Made by a program: the position numbers and the translations under genes. Below the pieces are notes generated by a model. That model saw only the letters and a program-made list of their open reading frames with translations. It was not told where the DNA came from and searched no databases. Shown piece by piece: positions 1 through 12,270 of a DNA stretch of 32,000 nucleotides. The DNA is taken from assembly GCA_964480435.1 (NCBI GenBank), contig CAYZSS010000007.1:1-32000 (forward strand), in the 5' to 3' direction. The first letter of the stretch is position 1; every line of letters starts with the position of its first letter. Origin of the DNA: an uncultured archaeon. Lineage in GTDB: Archaea > Iainarchaeota > Iainarchaeia > Iainarchaeales > 0-14-0-20-30-16.

Positions 1-3765
<3,765 letters not shown>

Positions 3766-3773
3766 GTGTAAAC

Positions 3774-4469
3774 ATGTTTTCAAATAAAATAATAATTGTA
3801 ACTGGTGGTTCACAAGGAATTGGAAAAACAATTGCGCAAGAATTTTTGAAACAAAATGCAAAAGTGATTGTATTTGATATTAAAAAACCAGATTATAGTG
3901 TGGATTATTTTAAAGTAGATGTATCAAAAGAAAATGAAATTATTTCTGCAATGAAAAACATAAAAAACTTAGATATTTTAGTAAATAATGCTGGAATTTA
4001 TTTTCAAAAAAGTGTTGAAAATACTACTTTGGAAGAATTAGACAAAATTATTGGAATTAATTTTAAAGGTCCTTATTTTATGTGCAAACATTGCTTGACT
4101 TTGCTAAAAAAAAGTAAAGGAAATATAATTAATATTTCTTCTGGATTAGGAGTTAAGGCTGAACCAGAATCTTCTGCTTATTGTTCAACAAAAGCTGCTT
4201 TGATAATGCTTACAAAATGTCTGGCAAAAGAATATGCTTTAAAGGGAATAAGGGTTAATGCAGTTTTACCTGGACCAATAGATACACCTCTTTTGCGTGC
4301 TGCTTTTGGTTCTGAAAAAGAAATTGCAGAATATGCAAAAACTAATCCTATGGGTAAAATTGGTCTGCCTATTGATATTGCTAATTTGGTTTTATTCTTG
4401 GCATCAGAAAAAGCTAACTATATTACTGGTGGTACCTATAATGTAGATGGTGGAGAATATATTAGTTAG
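3774..4469 (+). CDS. Short-chain dehydrogenase/reductase (FabG-like SDR)
   Basis: Cofactor motif TGGSQGIG, NNAG, catalytic Ser plus YCSTK (YxxxK), and PGPIDTP. SD AGGTG upstream. Starts 8 nt after the gyrB stop. Confidence 0.85.
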   Translation: MFSNKIIIVTGGSQGIGKTIAQEFLKQNAKVIVFDIKKPDYSVDYFKVDVSKENEIISAMKNIKNLDILVNNAGIYFQKSVENTTLEELDKIIGINFKGPYFMCKHCLTLLKKSKGNIINISSGLGVKAEPESSAYCSTKAALIMLTKCLAKEYALKGIRVNAVLPGPIDTPLLRAAFGSEKEIAEYAKTNPMGKIGLPIDIANLVLFLASEKANYITGGTYNVDGGEYIS

Positions 4470-4478
4470 GGTGTTATT

Positions 4479-5270
4479 ATGGACGAAAAAGAAAGATGGG
4501 AAAACTATAGAAAGGCAAATAGCTCTTACCCTCAAGTTCGTGCTATTGAATTGAATAAAATAATTAAATTTGTAGATGCAAAACAAGGGGAAACAATACT
4601 AGAATGTGGCACTGGTAATGGTTATTTAACTATTCCGTTAGCTAAATCAGTAGGAAAAAATGGAACGTTAATAAGTTATGATGTAACTAAAGAAAATTTA
4701 GAATATGTGGAATATTTGAATAAAGATTTAAAACTAAATATTATTACTAAAGAGCAGCCAAGAAACTATATATTTTCTGAAAAAGATAATAGCATAAATA
4801 AAATTGTGTCTATTGCTACTATGCATCATTATGATAACAGAGATAAAAAAACCGGGCACAGTGGGAAATTACAAGCTATGCAAGAATTTTCAAGAGTTCT
4901 AAAATCAGGCGGCAAAGTAATAATTGGAGATGTTGCAAATAATACTGATTCGCAAAGATATTTTGACGCAATTAATAACCCTCAATATTGTTATCCAACA
5001 GGACATCCACATGATTTCTTTGACCTTAATTTGGCAAAAAAACTGTGCAAATTATCTGGTTTGAAATTTATTTCATTTAAAATTTATTCTACCCCCTGGG
5101 TTTTCAAAGACGACAAAGAAGCGATGGATTTTCTGCATACAATTCATAATGCAAAATGTTCTGCAGAGGAATCATTTGAAATTGCAAAAAAATATCTGAA
5201 ATATACTAAACTAAATAACAAGGTAAAACTTGGCTGGAAATTAGGCTACTTTATTGCAGAGAAAAGGTGA
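4479..5270 (+). CDS. Class I SAM-dependent methyltransferase
   Basis: Motif I ILECGTGNGYLT, an acidic residue after beta-2 (ISYDV), and LKSGGKVIIGD. SD GGGTG upstream. Starts 9 nt after the SDR stop. Confidence 0.75.
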   Translation: MDEKERWENYRKANSSYPQVRAIELNKIIKFVDAKQGETILECGTGNGYLTIPLAKSVGKNGTLISYDVTKENLEYVEYLNKDLKLNIITKEQPRNYIFSEKDNSINKIVSIATMHHYDNRDKKTGHSGKLQAMQEFSRVLKSGGKVIIGDVANNTDSQRYFDAINNPQYCYPTGHPHDFFDLNLAKKLCKLSGLKFISFKIYSTPWVFKDDKEAMDFLHTIHNAKCSAEESFEIAKKYLKYTKLNNKVKLGWKLGYFIAEKR

Positions 5271-5274
5271 TTTA

Positions 5275-5826
5275 GTGGCAGTAAAAATAACTTACTTTGC
5301 ACATGGCACTACTCCTGATAATGAAAAAGGATTGTTTTCTGGACAAAATGAAATTGGGTTAAGTAAACTTGGAGTAGAGCAGAGCAAAGGTTTAATTAAT
5401 TTAATTAAAGATAAACATTTTGATTTGGTTTTTACTTCTGATTTGAAAAGGGGAATAGAATCTGCAGAACTAAGTTTTCCAGGATATAAAATAAATAAGG
5501 ATAAAAGACTTAGAGAATGTGATGTCGGGGATTTAACTGGAAAAAAAGAACTTCTTGTAGATAAATTTGTTGAAGATAATGACTGTAACAAAAAATTTCC
5601 TAATGGTGAATCGCTAAAAGAAGTTGAAATTAGAATAAGGGATTTATTATTAGCTCTTTCTAAAAAATACCCTAATAAGCAAATTGCTATTATTGCACAT
5701 AAATATACCCAATTGGCGATTGATGTTATAGTAAAAAAGATCAGTTGGGATGAAGCAATAAAGCAAGATTGGAGGACAAAGGTTCCTAAGGCTTGGCAAC
5801 CTGGCTGGGAATATCTAATAAACTAG
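5275..5826 (+). CDS. Histidine phosphatase superfamily (phosphoglycerate mutase-like) protein with AHG instead of RHG
   Basis: KITYFAHGTTPDNEKG...SDLKRGIESAE...PNGESLKEV...IAIIAHKYT follows the branch-1 histidine phosphatase pattern. SD AAGGTGA lies 4-5 nt before GTG 5275. The ORF track's TTG at 5254 is an alternative start. Confidence 0.7.
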   Translation: MAVKITYFAHGTTPDNEKGLFSGQNEIGLSKLGVEQSKGLINLIKDKHFDLVFTSDLKRGIESAELSFPGYKINKDKRLRECDVGDLTGKKELLVDKFVEDNDCNKKFPNGESLKEVEIRIRDLLLALSKKYPNKQIAIIAHKYTQLAIDVIVKKISWDEAIKQDWRTKVPKAWQPGWEYLIN

Positions 5827-5918
5827 GCATAATAGCAAAAGAATAAATTCTCAGAACTCTTATATACTAATTATAGTTGATAATAACTATTTGATAATAT
5901 TTGTTGGGTGGTGGTGGA

Positions 5919-6200
5919 ATGGAAAAGGAAATTGTTTGTGTTGTTTTAAACGATAACAAAGTAGAGAAAGTAGGTGTAATTAACCCTGAGTCAGGGGATA
6001 AGAAACTATCAAGAGAGGTAATATCTGTTTCTGAGGTTATGAATGAAATAAATCAATATAACACTGGTTTTTATTTCTTGAACGAGGAAGGCAAGAAAGT
6101 TTATCTTGAAATCTTTGCAGGTAGACTTTTAAGAACTGTTCCTGATGGAAGATACGATGCAGAATTCAAAGATATGAGAAGTTGTAGACTTAGGAATTGA
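5919..6200 (+). CDS. Small conserved hypothetical protein, DUF3892-like
   Basis: About 93 aa. The pattern I-x-C-V...KVGV...S-x-SEV...I...FYF...G..V.LE......LRT.PDG......C resembles DUF3892 as I remember it. SD GGTGGTGG lies before ATG 5919; the ORF is open from 5901. Confidence 0.45.
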   Translation: MEKEIVCVVLNDNKVEKVGVINPESGDKKLSREVISVSEVMNEINQYNTGFYFLNEEGKKVYLEIFAGRLLRTVPDGRYDAEFKDMRSCRLRN

Positions 6201-6232
6201 TTTCAATTCTTTCTTTTTCTATTTTTTATTTC
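6201..6232 (+). terminator. Oligo-T rich tract after the DUF3892-like gene (archaeal-type terminator candidate)
   Basis: tttcaattctttctttttctattttttatttcc contains T5 (6214-6218) and T6 (6222-6227) runs directly after the stop codon. Confidence 0.35.
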
Positions 6233-6282
6233 CTTAGTTAATTACAATATCAAATTAAACCTTCTCCTTCTTATTTTATTTT

Positions 6283-6549
6283 ATGTTCTACGAAATAATT
6301 ATTTTTCTAGTAAGTATATTTGGGATTCTTATGAGCTTGGCTCATTTCCCTCAGGCCTATAAGATCTGGAAGAACAAGAGTGCAAAGGATGTAAGCCTAA
6401 TTTCTTATACAATCTTTATGGTTGGAACCTATGTGTGGTTTATTTATGGGCTTTATCTTAATCAATGGCCTGTAATAATAAGTTATGGGGTAGGAGTAAT
6501 AGGAACTACTTGTGTATTTGTGCTGATATTGGTGTATCGGGGCAAATAG
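6283..6549 (+). CDS. SemiSWEET / PQ-loop (MtN3-type) three-helix sugar transporter
   Basis: 88 aa with three predicted TM helices, a PQ motif (AHFPQAYKIWKNKSAKDVS), and WFIYG in TM2. Size and motif order match bacterial SemiSWEETs. Confidence 0.75.
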   Translation: MFYEIIIFLVSIFGILMSLAHFPQAYKIWKNKSAKDVSLISYTIFMVGTYVWFIYGLYLNQWPVIISYGVGVIGTTCVFVLILVYRGK

Positions 6550-6601
6550 ACCTCCTTACCTGTAACAACAGATATTTAAATCTCTTGAATCTATATTTTA
6601 T

Positions 6602-7780
6602 GTGATCTGTTTGGATAGCAATCTTTCTGAATACGAACAATATCAAATCCTGGAACACTGGAAACCAGTAAATGAAATGAAGCTAATTAATGCTCTGGTT
6701 AAGAATAATACTAAAGAAGGAGAACTATTCTTATTTTTGTATACCAAAATAAAAGAAGCATACAAGAAATTCCCTGATCGTAAGGACAAACAAGACGCTT
6801 TTATTCACCCTTTAAATGTGGTCTGGAATCTTAAGAAATCAAAAATAACTGATTATGCTACTTTATGTGCAGGGCTTATGCATGACTATATTGAAGAAAG
6901 TGTAGATGTATATGAAAAAACATTGGGTAATAATGACGAAGAAAATACTAAAGCATTAGAAATCTATGTACAAAAACTAATAACAGAATTAAGAGGAAAA
7001 ATAATTGAATTTTCAAAATCCAATAATGTTGATTTGAATCTTGCTGATGAAATTATAGAAATAATTAAACTTCTAACTCGTAAAAAAAGAGATTTTTATT
7101 ATAAGTCCATTTCAGGCATTTTTAGCTGCAAAAATGAATTACTAAAAGAAAAAGCAATACAAGTAAAATTGGCAGACCGTATACATAACATACAGTGTTT
7201 AAATTCTTTTGAATCTTCTGATAAAGTTTATCAATGTTTTAAGAATATTTTTATTTTGAATAATACAAAAAAATACTTAATGTCTAAATCTGGTTATACT
7301 CCGGATTTAAATAATTCTACAATAAAATTATTTAAAAAATGTTGTAAATCTACTTATGATGCTTGTTTACAGGTGTGTAATTTGTCTTTAGATAATGGAA
7401 TAAAACCAATAGAGTCTATGCTGCAATTGGCATTTTATAAATTTGTTTTTGAACAGCATGGATTAGGGCTAGTAACCTCTTTGGTTAAGGGAGAAGTGCA
7501 CCCTATGAGATTGTATCGTGAAGTGATTAAAAAATATGATAGTAAATTGCATCAGGAAAAAGAACAATACAAAGAGATTTGTAATAAAGAAATGGGATAT
7601 TGTAAAAAGTTTTTTTCTGATTTTAATTTTAATGATTCTCAATTAAATGCAATAATAAATTATAAAGATTCTTTTGCATTAAAAGAAGTTATAACTTGTT
7701 TATTGTATGATAAACAGTATTCTGTTTTGGGATTTGGTTGTTCAGAATTATGTCATAGAAAGATGATGTGTAAGAATTAA
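6602..7780 (+). CDS. RelA/SpoT (Mesh1/SAH)-type HD-domain hydrolase homologue with an uncharacterised Cys-rich C-terminal half
   Basis: DRKDKQDAFIHPLNVVWNL, AGLMHDYIEES and VKLADRIHNIQCL match the HD1, HD(ED) and KLADRLHN motifs of (p)ppGpp hydrolase domains. Residues from about 200 to 392 have no motif I recognise. GTG start at 6602; the first ATG is at 6677. Confidence 0.65.
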   Translation: MICLDSNLSEYEQYQILEHWKPVNEMKLINALVKNNTKEGELFLFLYTKIKEAYKKFPDRKDKQDAFIHPLNVVWNLKKSKITDYATLCAGLMHDYIEESVDVYEKTLGNNDEENTKALEIYVQKLITELRGKIIEFSKSNNVDLNLADEIIEIIKLLTRKKRDFYYKSISGIFSCKNELLKEKAIQVKLADRIHNIQCLNSFESSDKVYQCFKNIFILNNTKKYLMSKSGYTPDLNNSTIKLFKKCCKSTYDACLQVCNLSLDNGIKPIESMLQLAFYKFVFEQHGLGLVTSLVKGEVHPMRLYREVIKKYDSKLHQEKEQYKEICNKEMGYCKKFFSDFNFNDSQLNAIINYKDSFALKEVITCLLYDKQYSVLGFGCSELCHRKMMCKN

Positions 7781-9114
7781 ATACTTTCTATCTTTTCATT
7801 AAGTAGTTTCATAAACACACTTGGGTAATGTTTTTTCTTGTTCTTTTTTAACTCTTTAAAGGCTTCTTTGTCTGCAGAGAGAATTAAACTATTGGCTTTT
7901 TTATCTTTACAATACAGGACAGAAGGTAAGGAAAGAATCCCATACTTTGTTTCCAAATCACAATGCAGTATTAAAGAGTCTTTGTACATTTTGTAATAGT
8001 TGGTTTCTTTGTGTGGAAAAATAAGGGGATTTAATTCATAGCTTCCTTTGAAAGAATTATAAAAAGAAATATTTTCTTTTAGTTCTTTAATTGTGGTAAG
8101 AGGAGTTCCTAAAATTAAATAAATAAACGGAGTTATTTTGTTTTCTTTTAATTCTTTTAGTTTTAAAATTATTTCTTTTTCATTCATTTTTGCCATCTTT
8201 CCCCCTTTATTCAAATCTTTGTCTCTTATCTTTTGAGAAATGGATTCTACTCCGATAAAGAAATACTTTATGTTTGCTTTCTTTGAAGCTTTAATAATGT
8301 CTTTGTCGATAAGATCAATTCTTGCTTGTATTGAAAAACTAATGTTATTTAATTTGTTGATAAAAATTTTCCCAAATAATTCTAAGAAATATTTTTTGTT
8401 TACGTTTAAATCAGGATCTACAAAGAATACTTTTTTAATCTTTTGTTTTTGTAGCTCTTTTAAATCAGCAATAACCAAATCTGTGGGTTTATATCGCATT
8501 TCGTGATTATACATGTGGGGGACACTACAAAAATTACAATTAAATGGACAACCTAGGGTAGCGAAAAGCTGCCTTCTTGTGGCATGATATTTTTTATATG
8601 TTTCATTATACTTAGAATATTTTATAATGCTAGGAAGTTTGGCTAATTCTTTATTGCTTATAATAAACGGCTTAGAAATATTGGTTTTTGTGCATAACCC
8701 AGGAACAATTTTATTTTTTTGTATAAGTTTAAGGAAAGGTATTTCTCCATTTCCTCTAATTACATAATCTGCATCAGAATGCTTTAAAATGTCTTGCGGG
8801 AAAAGCCAGGCATATATCCCACCCGCAACTACTTTTGAGTTTGGAGAATACTTTTTTACTAATTCTATATGTTTTAAATCATTTTTTAAAGTGTAACCAG
8901 TAGTTCCCACTCCTATAAAGTCATATTTTTTCTTTAGTGCCTTTTTCAGAGGGGCTTGGCTGTTTTTGTATGTGTTTGATGGAAAGTAATCTGCTTCTAT
9001 GCCATTAGATTCTAGATAAGAGGCTATACTTAATAATCCTGGAGCAGGATAAGTATAATTTTTATCTAAGTTGTCTCTTTTATTTTTGTATGGTTCAATA
9101 AGTAAAACTTTCAT
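7777..9114 (-). CDS. B12-binding-domain radical SAM enzyme (class B-like)
   Basis: CPFNCNFC (CxxxCxxC) lies about 190 aa in. It is preceded by a Rossmann-like N-terminal domain (MKVLLIEP...FIGVGTTGY...VVAGG) typical of cobalamin-binding rSAM proteins. The stop overlaps the convergent HD gene by 4 nt. Confidence 0.8.
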   Translation of the reverse strand: MKVLLIEPYKNKRDNLDKNYTYPAPGLLSIASYLESNGIEADYFPSNTYKNSQAPLKKALKKKYDFIGVGTTGYTLKNDLKHIELVKKYSPNSKVVAGGIYAWLFPQDILKHSDADYVIRGNGEIPFLKLIQKNKIVPGLCTKTNISKPFIISNKELAKLPSIIKYSKYNETYKKYHATRRQLFATLGCPFNCNFCSVPHMYNHEMRYKPTDLVIADLKELQKQKIKKVFFVDPDLNVNKKYFLELFGKIFINKLNNISFSIQARIDLIDKDIIKASKKANIKYFFIGVESISQKIRDKDLNKGGKMAKMNEKEIILKLKELKENKITPFIYLILGTPLTTIKELKENISFYNSFKGSYELNPLIFPHKETNYYKMYKDSLILHCDLETKYGILSLPSVLYCKDKKANSLILSADKEAFKELKKNKKKHYPSVFMKLLNEKIESI

Positions 9115-9225
9115 AATAATTCACCTTTATTTTTATTATATTTTTTATATAATCTTTTCGTAATTTCTTGCTTAGGAAAAGCTTTTAAAAGAAAGCCTTA
9201 TATACTGGGTTTTTCTTCTTTATTT

Positions 9226-9828
9226 ATGGATAAAGTAAATATAAAAAATACTGCCTTCCTGGTAATCGATGTTACTAACTTTTGTTGTTCTGAAGACAAT
9301 GAAATCCCTAAATATAAAGTCTATTTTTCCAAAATAAGGAAAATGGTCCCAAAGTTAAAGAAAGTAATAGAAAAATATCCTGGAGAGGTAGTTTACATAA
9401 AAACAAAACCTTGGAAAAAAGAAAACCTTTCTGATAATTTAAACGAACTTTATAAAAATCCTCTAATAAGTTATTATTCAAAAGACAAAACCGGAAAAGC
9501 AGAAGAATTCTATTTATTAAAGCCAAATAAAAAAGATAAGGTCTTTGAGAAGAACACTTATGATGCTTTTTCTAACCCTGAATTTGATAAATACCTAAGG
9601 AGTAAGAAAATACAGACATTAATTATTACTGGTGTCTTTGGAGCTGGCTGTGTTAATGCAACTATCAGTTCTGCGTTCTCAAAAGGCTATAGATTAATAA
9701 TCTTAAAGGACCTAATAGAAACAACAGATGTAAAATTAAGACAAGATTTACAGAAACTGTTAAAAACCTACACCTGGCCAGTGATGTATGGAGAAACATT
9801 AATTTCAAAAAAAATGAAATTCCGTTAG
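9226..9828 (+). CDS. Isochorismatase / cysteine hydrolase family protein (nicotinamidase-like)
   Basis: TAFLVIDVTN (catalytic Asp region) and LIITGVFGAGCVNATISSA (nucleophile Cys motif). Confidence 0.75.
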   Translation: MDKVNIKNTAFLVIDVTNFCCSEDNEIPKYKVYFSKIRKMVPKLKKVIEKYPGEVVYIKTKPWKKENLSDNLNELYKNPLISYYSKDKTGKAEEFYLLKPNKKDKVFEKNTYDAFSNPEFDKYLRSKKIQTLIITGVFGAGCVNATISSAFSKGYRLIILKDLIETTDVKLRQDLQKLLKTYTWPVMYGETLISKKMKFR

Positions 9829-9905
9829 CCCCTGAAACAATTTGTTTTTCTAACAAATTGATTTATTGGTAAAACAATAAATTCTAAAGAACTGCTTCAA
9901 AAGAA

Positions 9906-10517
9906 GTGATAATAATCATAAAGTTTGTGTGTAAGAAGTGTGGTGGATGTAGTACTGATTTTGGCCCTATGAATAATCTGCCTATTTTTACAAGCGAGAT
10001 TTATATACTAAAAAAGGAAGCTAAGAAAAGGAAACTAGATTTAGGAATAATTCCATTGGATGTTTTCTATGATAAGAACGTAGATTTGTACTTTTCAAGC
10101 TCTTTTGCAATGTCGCAAAACCCTTGTAAATTTTTAGTAAATAACTTGTGTACAATTTATGAAATAAGACCCTGGACTTGCAGAATGTATCCTGTTGTTT
10201 TTGACCCTTTTATTAAAGACTTTAAACTTGATAGAAAGTGTAAATATACAAAAGAAGTAGCAAACCAGGAAATAAGTAAAAAGACAATTAAAGAAATATT
10301 TGGAGAAACTACTTACATTGCACTATTGGAAGTGGAAAAACACCACAGATTACTATACAAATACCTTGAAAAAGTGTTTAAGACAAGAGAAATACAGGAA
10401 ATAAAGTATTATAATAAAAAAATGAAAGTTCTGCCTTTTTTTGAATATTTAACAACGCTAAAGATAATAGAAAAAGAAGATAAGGAAATTATTGACTCTT
10501 ATTGTAAGAAGAACTAA
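9906..10517 (+). CDS. YkgJ-family (CxxCxxC, UPF0153) putative Fe-S/Zn-binding protein
   Basis: CKKCGGCS near the N-terminus and NPCKFLVNNLCTIYEIRPWTCRMYP match the YkgJ/FliB-type Cys cluster domain. GTG start. Confidence 0.6.
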   Translation: MIIIIKFVCKKCGGCSTDFGPMNNLPIFTSEIYILKKEAKKRKLDLGIIPLDVFYDKNVDLYFSSSFAMSQNPCKFLVNNLCTIYEIRPWTCRMYPVVFDPFIKDFKLDRKCKYTKEVANQEISKKTIKEIFGETTYIALLEVEKHHRLLYKYLEKVFKTREIQEIKYYNKKMKVLPFFEYLTTLKIIEKEDKEIIDSYCKKN

Positions 10518-10582
10518 AAACAAACTATTTAATACTCTTTATTACCTATTTATAGTGAATTTATGATTTTGATGGTGATATT

Positions 10583-11059
10583 ATGAATAAAGATATATGT
10601 TGTCCGAAATTTAATCCTAAACCGTTTAATGGAAGGGAAGTTACTCTGGAGAATAAACTTTTTGTTAAAAATAACGTTTGTTGTTTTTTCCATATTCCTT
10701 TGAATTTTGGATCTGTAATAACAAAAATGATGGCTAAAGTAAAAGAAAACAAAGCAGAAATGGATGATTATAAAGAATGGTTGTTGCTTTCCTTAGAAGT
10801 GTCAAAATGGAAAAGTGAGCAATACTTGGCAGTAAAGAAACCTGTTCAAGGAATGGATAATGTAGAAATATCTGGCACCTTTTTAACAAGGGTTTTTGAT
10901 GGTCCTTATAGAGACGCGGGAAAATGGTATAAGGAAATGCAGGAATATGTAAAAGTAAAAGGAAAAGAAGCAAAGAAGATTTACTTCTACTATACAACTT
11001 GTCCTAAATGTGCAAAGAAGTATGGGCATAACTATGTTGTATTATTTGCAGAAATTTAA
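10583..11059 (+). CDS. Conserved hypothetical Cys-rich protein (CCPKF...TTCPKCAKKYG type)
   Basis: The ORF is intact and has SD GGTGA upstream. It starts MNKDICCPKFNPKPF and ends YFYYTTCPKCAKKYGHNYVVLFAEI. I recall this pattern from a widespread uncharacterised family but cannot name it. Confidence 0.5.
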   Translation: MNKDICCPKFNPKPFNGREVTLENKLFVKNNVCCFFHIPLNFGSVITKMMAKVKENKAEMDDYKEWLLLSLEVSKWKSEQYLAVKKPVQGMDNVEISGTFLTRVFDGPYRDAGKWYKEMQEYVKVKGKEAKKIYFYYTTCPKCAKKYGHNYVVLFAEI

Positions 11060-11071
11060 TTGGTGATATTT

Positions 11072-11188
11072 GTGACTGTAATGCTTAGTAAAAAGACGAT
11101 TATTGCTATTGAAAAAGCAAGAGCAAGAATCAAAGCAGGAAATTATTTTGCTGTTGAAGAAATGCGTAAAAGATTGGATTTGAATTAA
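11072..11188 (+). CDS. Mini-ORF (38 aa from GTG 11072, or 35 aa from ATG 11081), antitoxin-tail-like
   Basis: Absent from the ORF track because it is too short. Translation: (M)TVMLSKKTIIAIEKARARIKAGNYFAVEEMRKRLDLN. SD GGTGA (11062-11066) lies 5 nt before the GTG. It sits 12 nt after the previous stop and 22 nt before the DNPH1-like start. Confidence 0.4.
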   Translation: MTVMLSKKTIIAIEKARARIKAGNYFAVEEMRKRLDLN

Positions 11189-11210
11189 AAATATTATGTG
11201 GGTGACTTTT

Positions 11211-11624
11211 ATGAAAATATATTTTGCAGGCTCTGTTTGTGGTGGACGGGCTGATCAAGAATTGTATTTGGATATAATAAAAGAGTTGCAAAAATATGGT
11301 ACTGTATTAACTGAACATATTGGGAGAAAAGAGTTATCTTCTTATGGTGAAACTAGATATACTGAAGATTTTATATTAACAAGGGATGTTGATTGGATAA
11401 AAGAATCAGATGTTATTGTTGCTGAGGTAACACAGCCATCTTTGGGTGTAGGATATGAACTTGGAGTTGCGGAATCTTTGGGAAAGAAAGTTTATTGTTT
11501 ATATAGATCACAAGAAGGAAAAAGGTTGTCGGCAATGATAAGAGGGAATAACAAGTTTATAGTAAAAGATTATTCTTCTTTAGATGATGCAATAAAAATA
11601 ATTGTAGAGCTTTTTAAAAAGTGA
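11211..11624 (+). CDS. 2'-deoxynucleoside 5'-phosphate N-hydrolase (DNPH1/Rcl)-like, nucleoside 2-deoxyribosyltransferase fold
   Basis: MKIYFAGSVCGGRADQ...VLTEHI...DVDWIKESDVIVAEVTQPSLGVGYELGVA closely follows the DNPH1 signature (YFxGSIRGGR...AEVTxPSLGVGYELG, with the catalytic Glu). SD GGGTGA lies 6 nt before ATG 11211. Confidence 0.8.
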   Translation: MKIYFAGSVCGGRADQELYLDIIKELQKYGTVLTEHIGRKELSSYGETRYTEDFILTRDVDWIKESDVIVAEVTQPSLGVGYELGVAESLGKKVYCLYRSQEGKRLSAMIRGNNKFIVKDYSSLDDAIKIIVELFKK

Positions 11625-11629
11625 TTATT

Positions 11630-12211
11630 ATGAAGAAAGTAATTATTGTTCATGGTTGGGATGGAAGTCCCAAAGAAGGGATGCATTCCTGGATGAAAAA
11701 AGAACTTGAAAAAAAAGGGTTTGAAGTAATGGCTCCAAAAATGCCAAGTCCTGCAAAACCACAAATAGAAACATGGATTCCGTTTTTGCAGAAAACAATT
11801 AAAGGGCTAGATAAAGATACTTATTTTATTGGTCATTCTATAGGGTGCCAAGGTGTTCTGAGATATTTGGAAACACAGGATAAAGAAATTGGTGGGATTG
11901 TACTAATTGCCCCCTGGATGCATTTGGATTTAAACACAATTGCTGAAGAAGGAGAAGAATCAGTTAAAATTGCAAAACCGTGGATGGAGATTCCTATAAA
12001 CTGGGTAAAGATAAACAAATTAACAAAGAAATGTGTTTGCATATTCTCAAATAATGACCCCTATGTTCCTTTAGAAGAAAAAGAAATATTTATGGCTAAG
12101 TTAAATGCAAAAATCATTGTAGAAAAAAATAAAGGCCATTTCACAGAAGATGATGGCGTAAGAGAGAATAAAACCGCAGTGGAAGCACTTCTTGCTTTTG
12201 TGAAGAAATAG
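11630..12211 (+). CDS. Alpha/beta hydrolase of the YdeN/RBBP9 serine-hydrolase family
   Basis: IIVHGWDGSP..., P-MP-P-x-P, and nucleophile elbow GHSIGC. About 190 aa. The alternative GTG start at 11621 overlaps the DNPH1-like stop (GTGA). Confidence 0.75.
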   Translation: MKKVIIVHGWDGSPKEGMHSWMKKELEKKGFEVMAPKMPSPAKPQIETWIPFLQKTIKGLDKDTYFIGHSIGCQGVLRYLETQDKEIGGIVLIAPWMHLDLNTIAEEGEESVKIAKPWMEIPINWVKINKLTKKCVCIFSNNDPYVPLEEKEIFMAKLNAKIIVEKNKGHFTEDDGVRENKTAVEALLAFVKK

Positions 12212-12270
12212 ATTATTTACTTTGAGATAATCAGATCATATTAAATATCTTGCGGTACTTTTAAATATTT

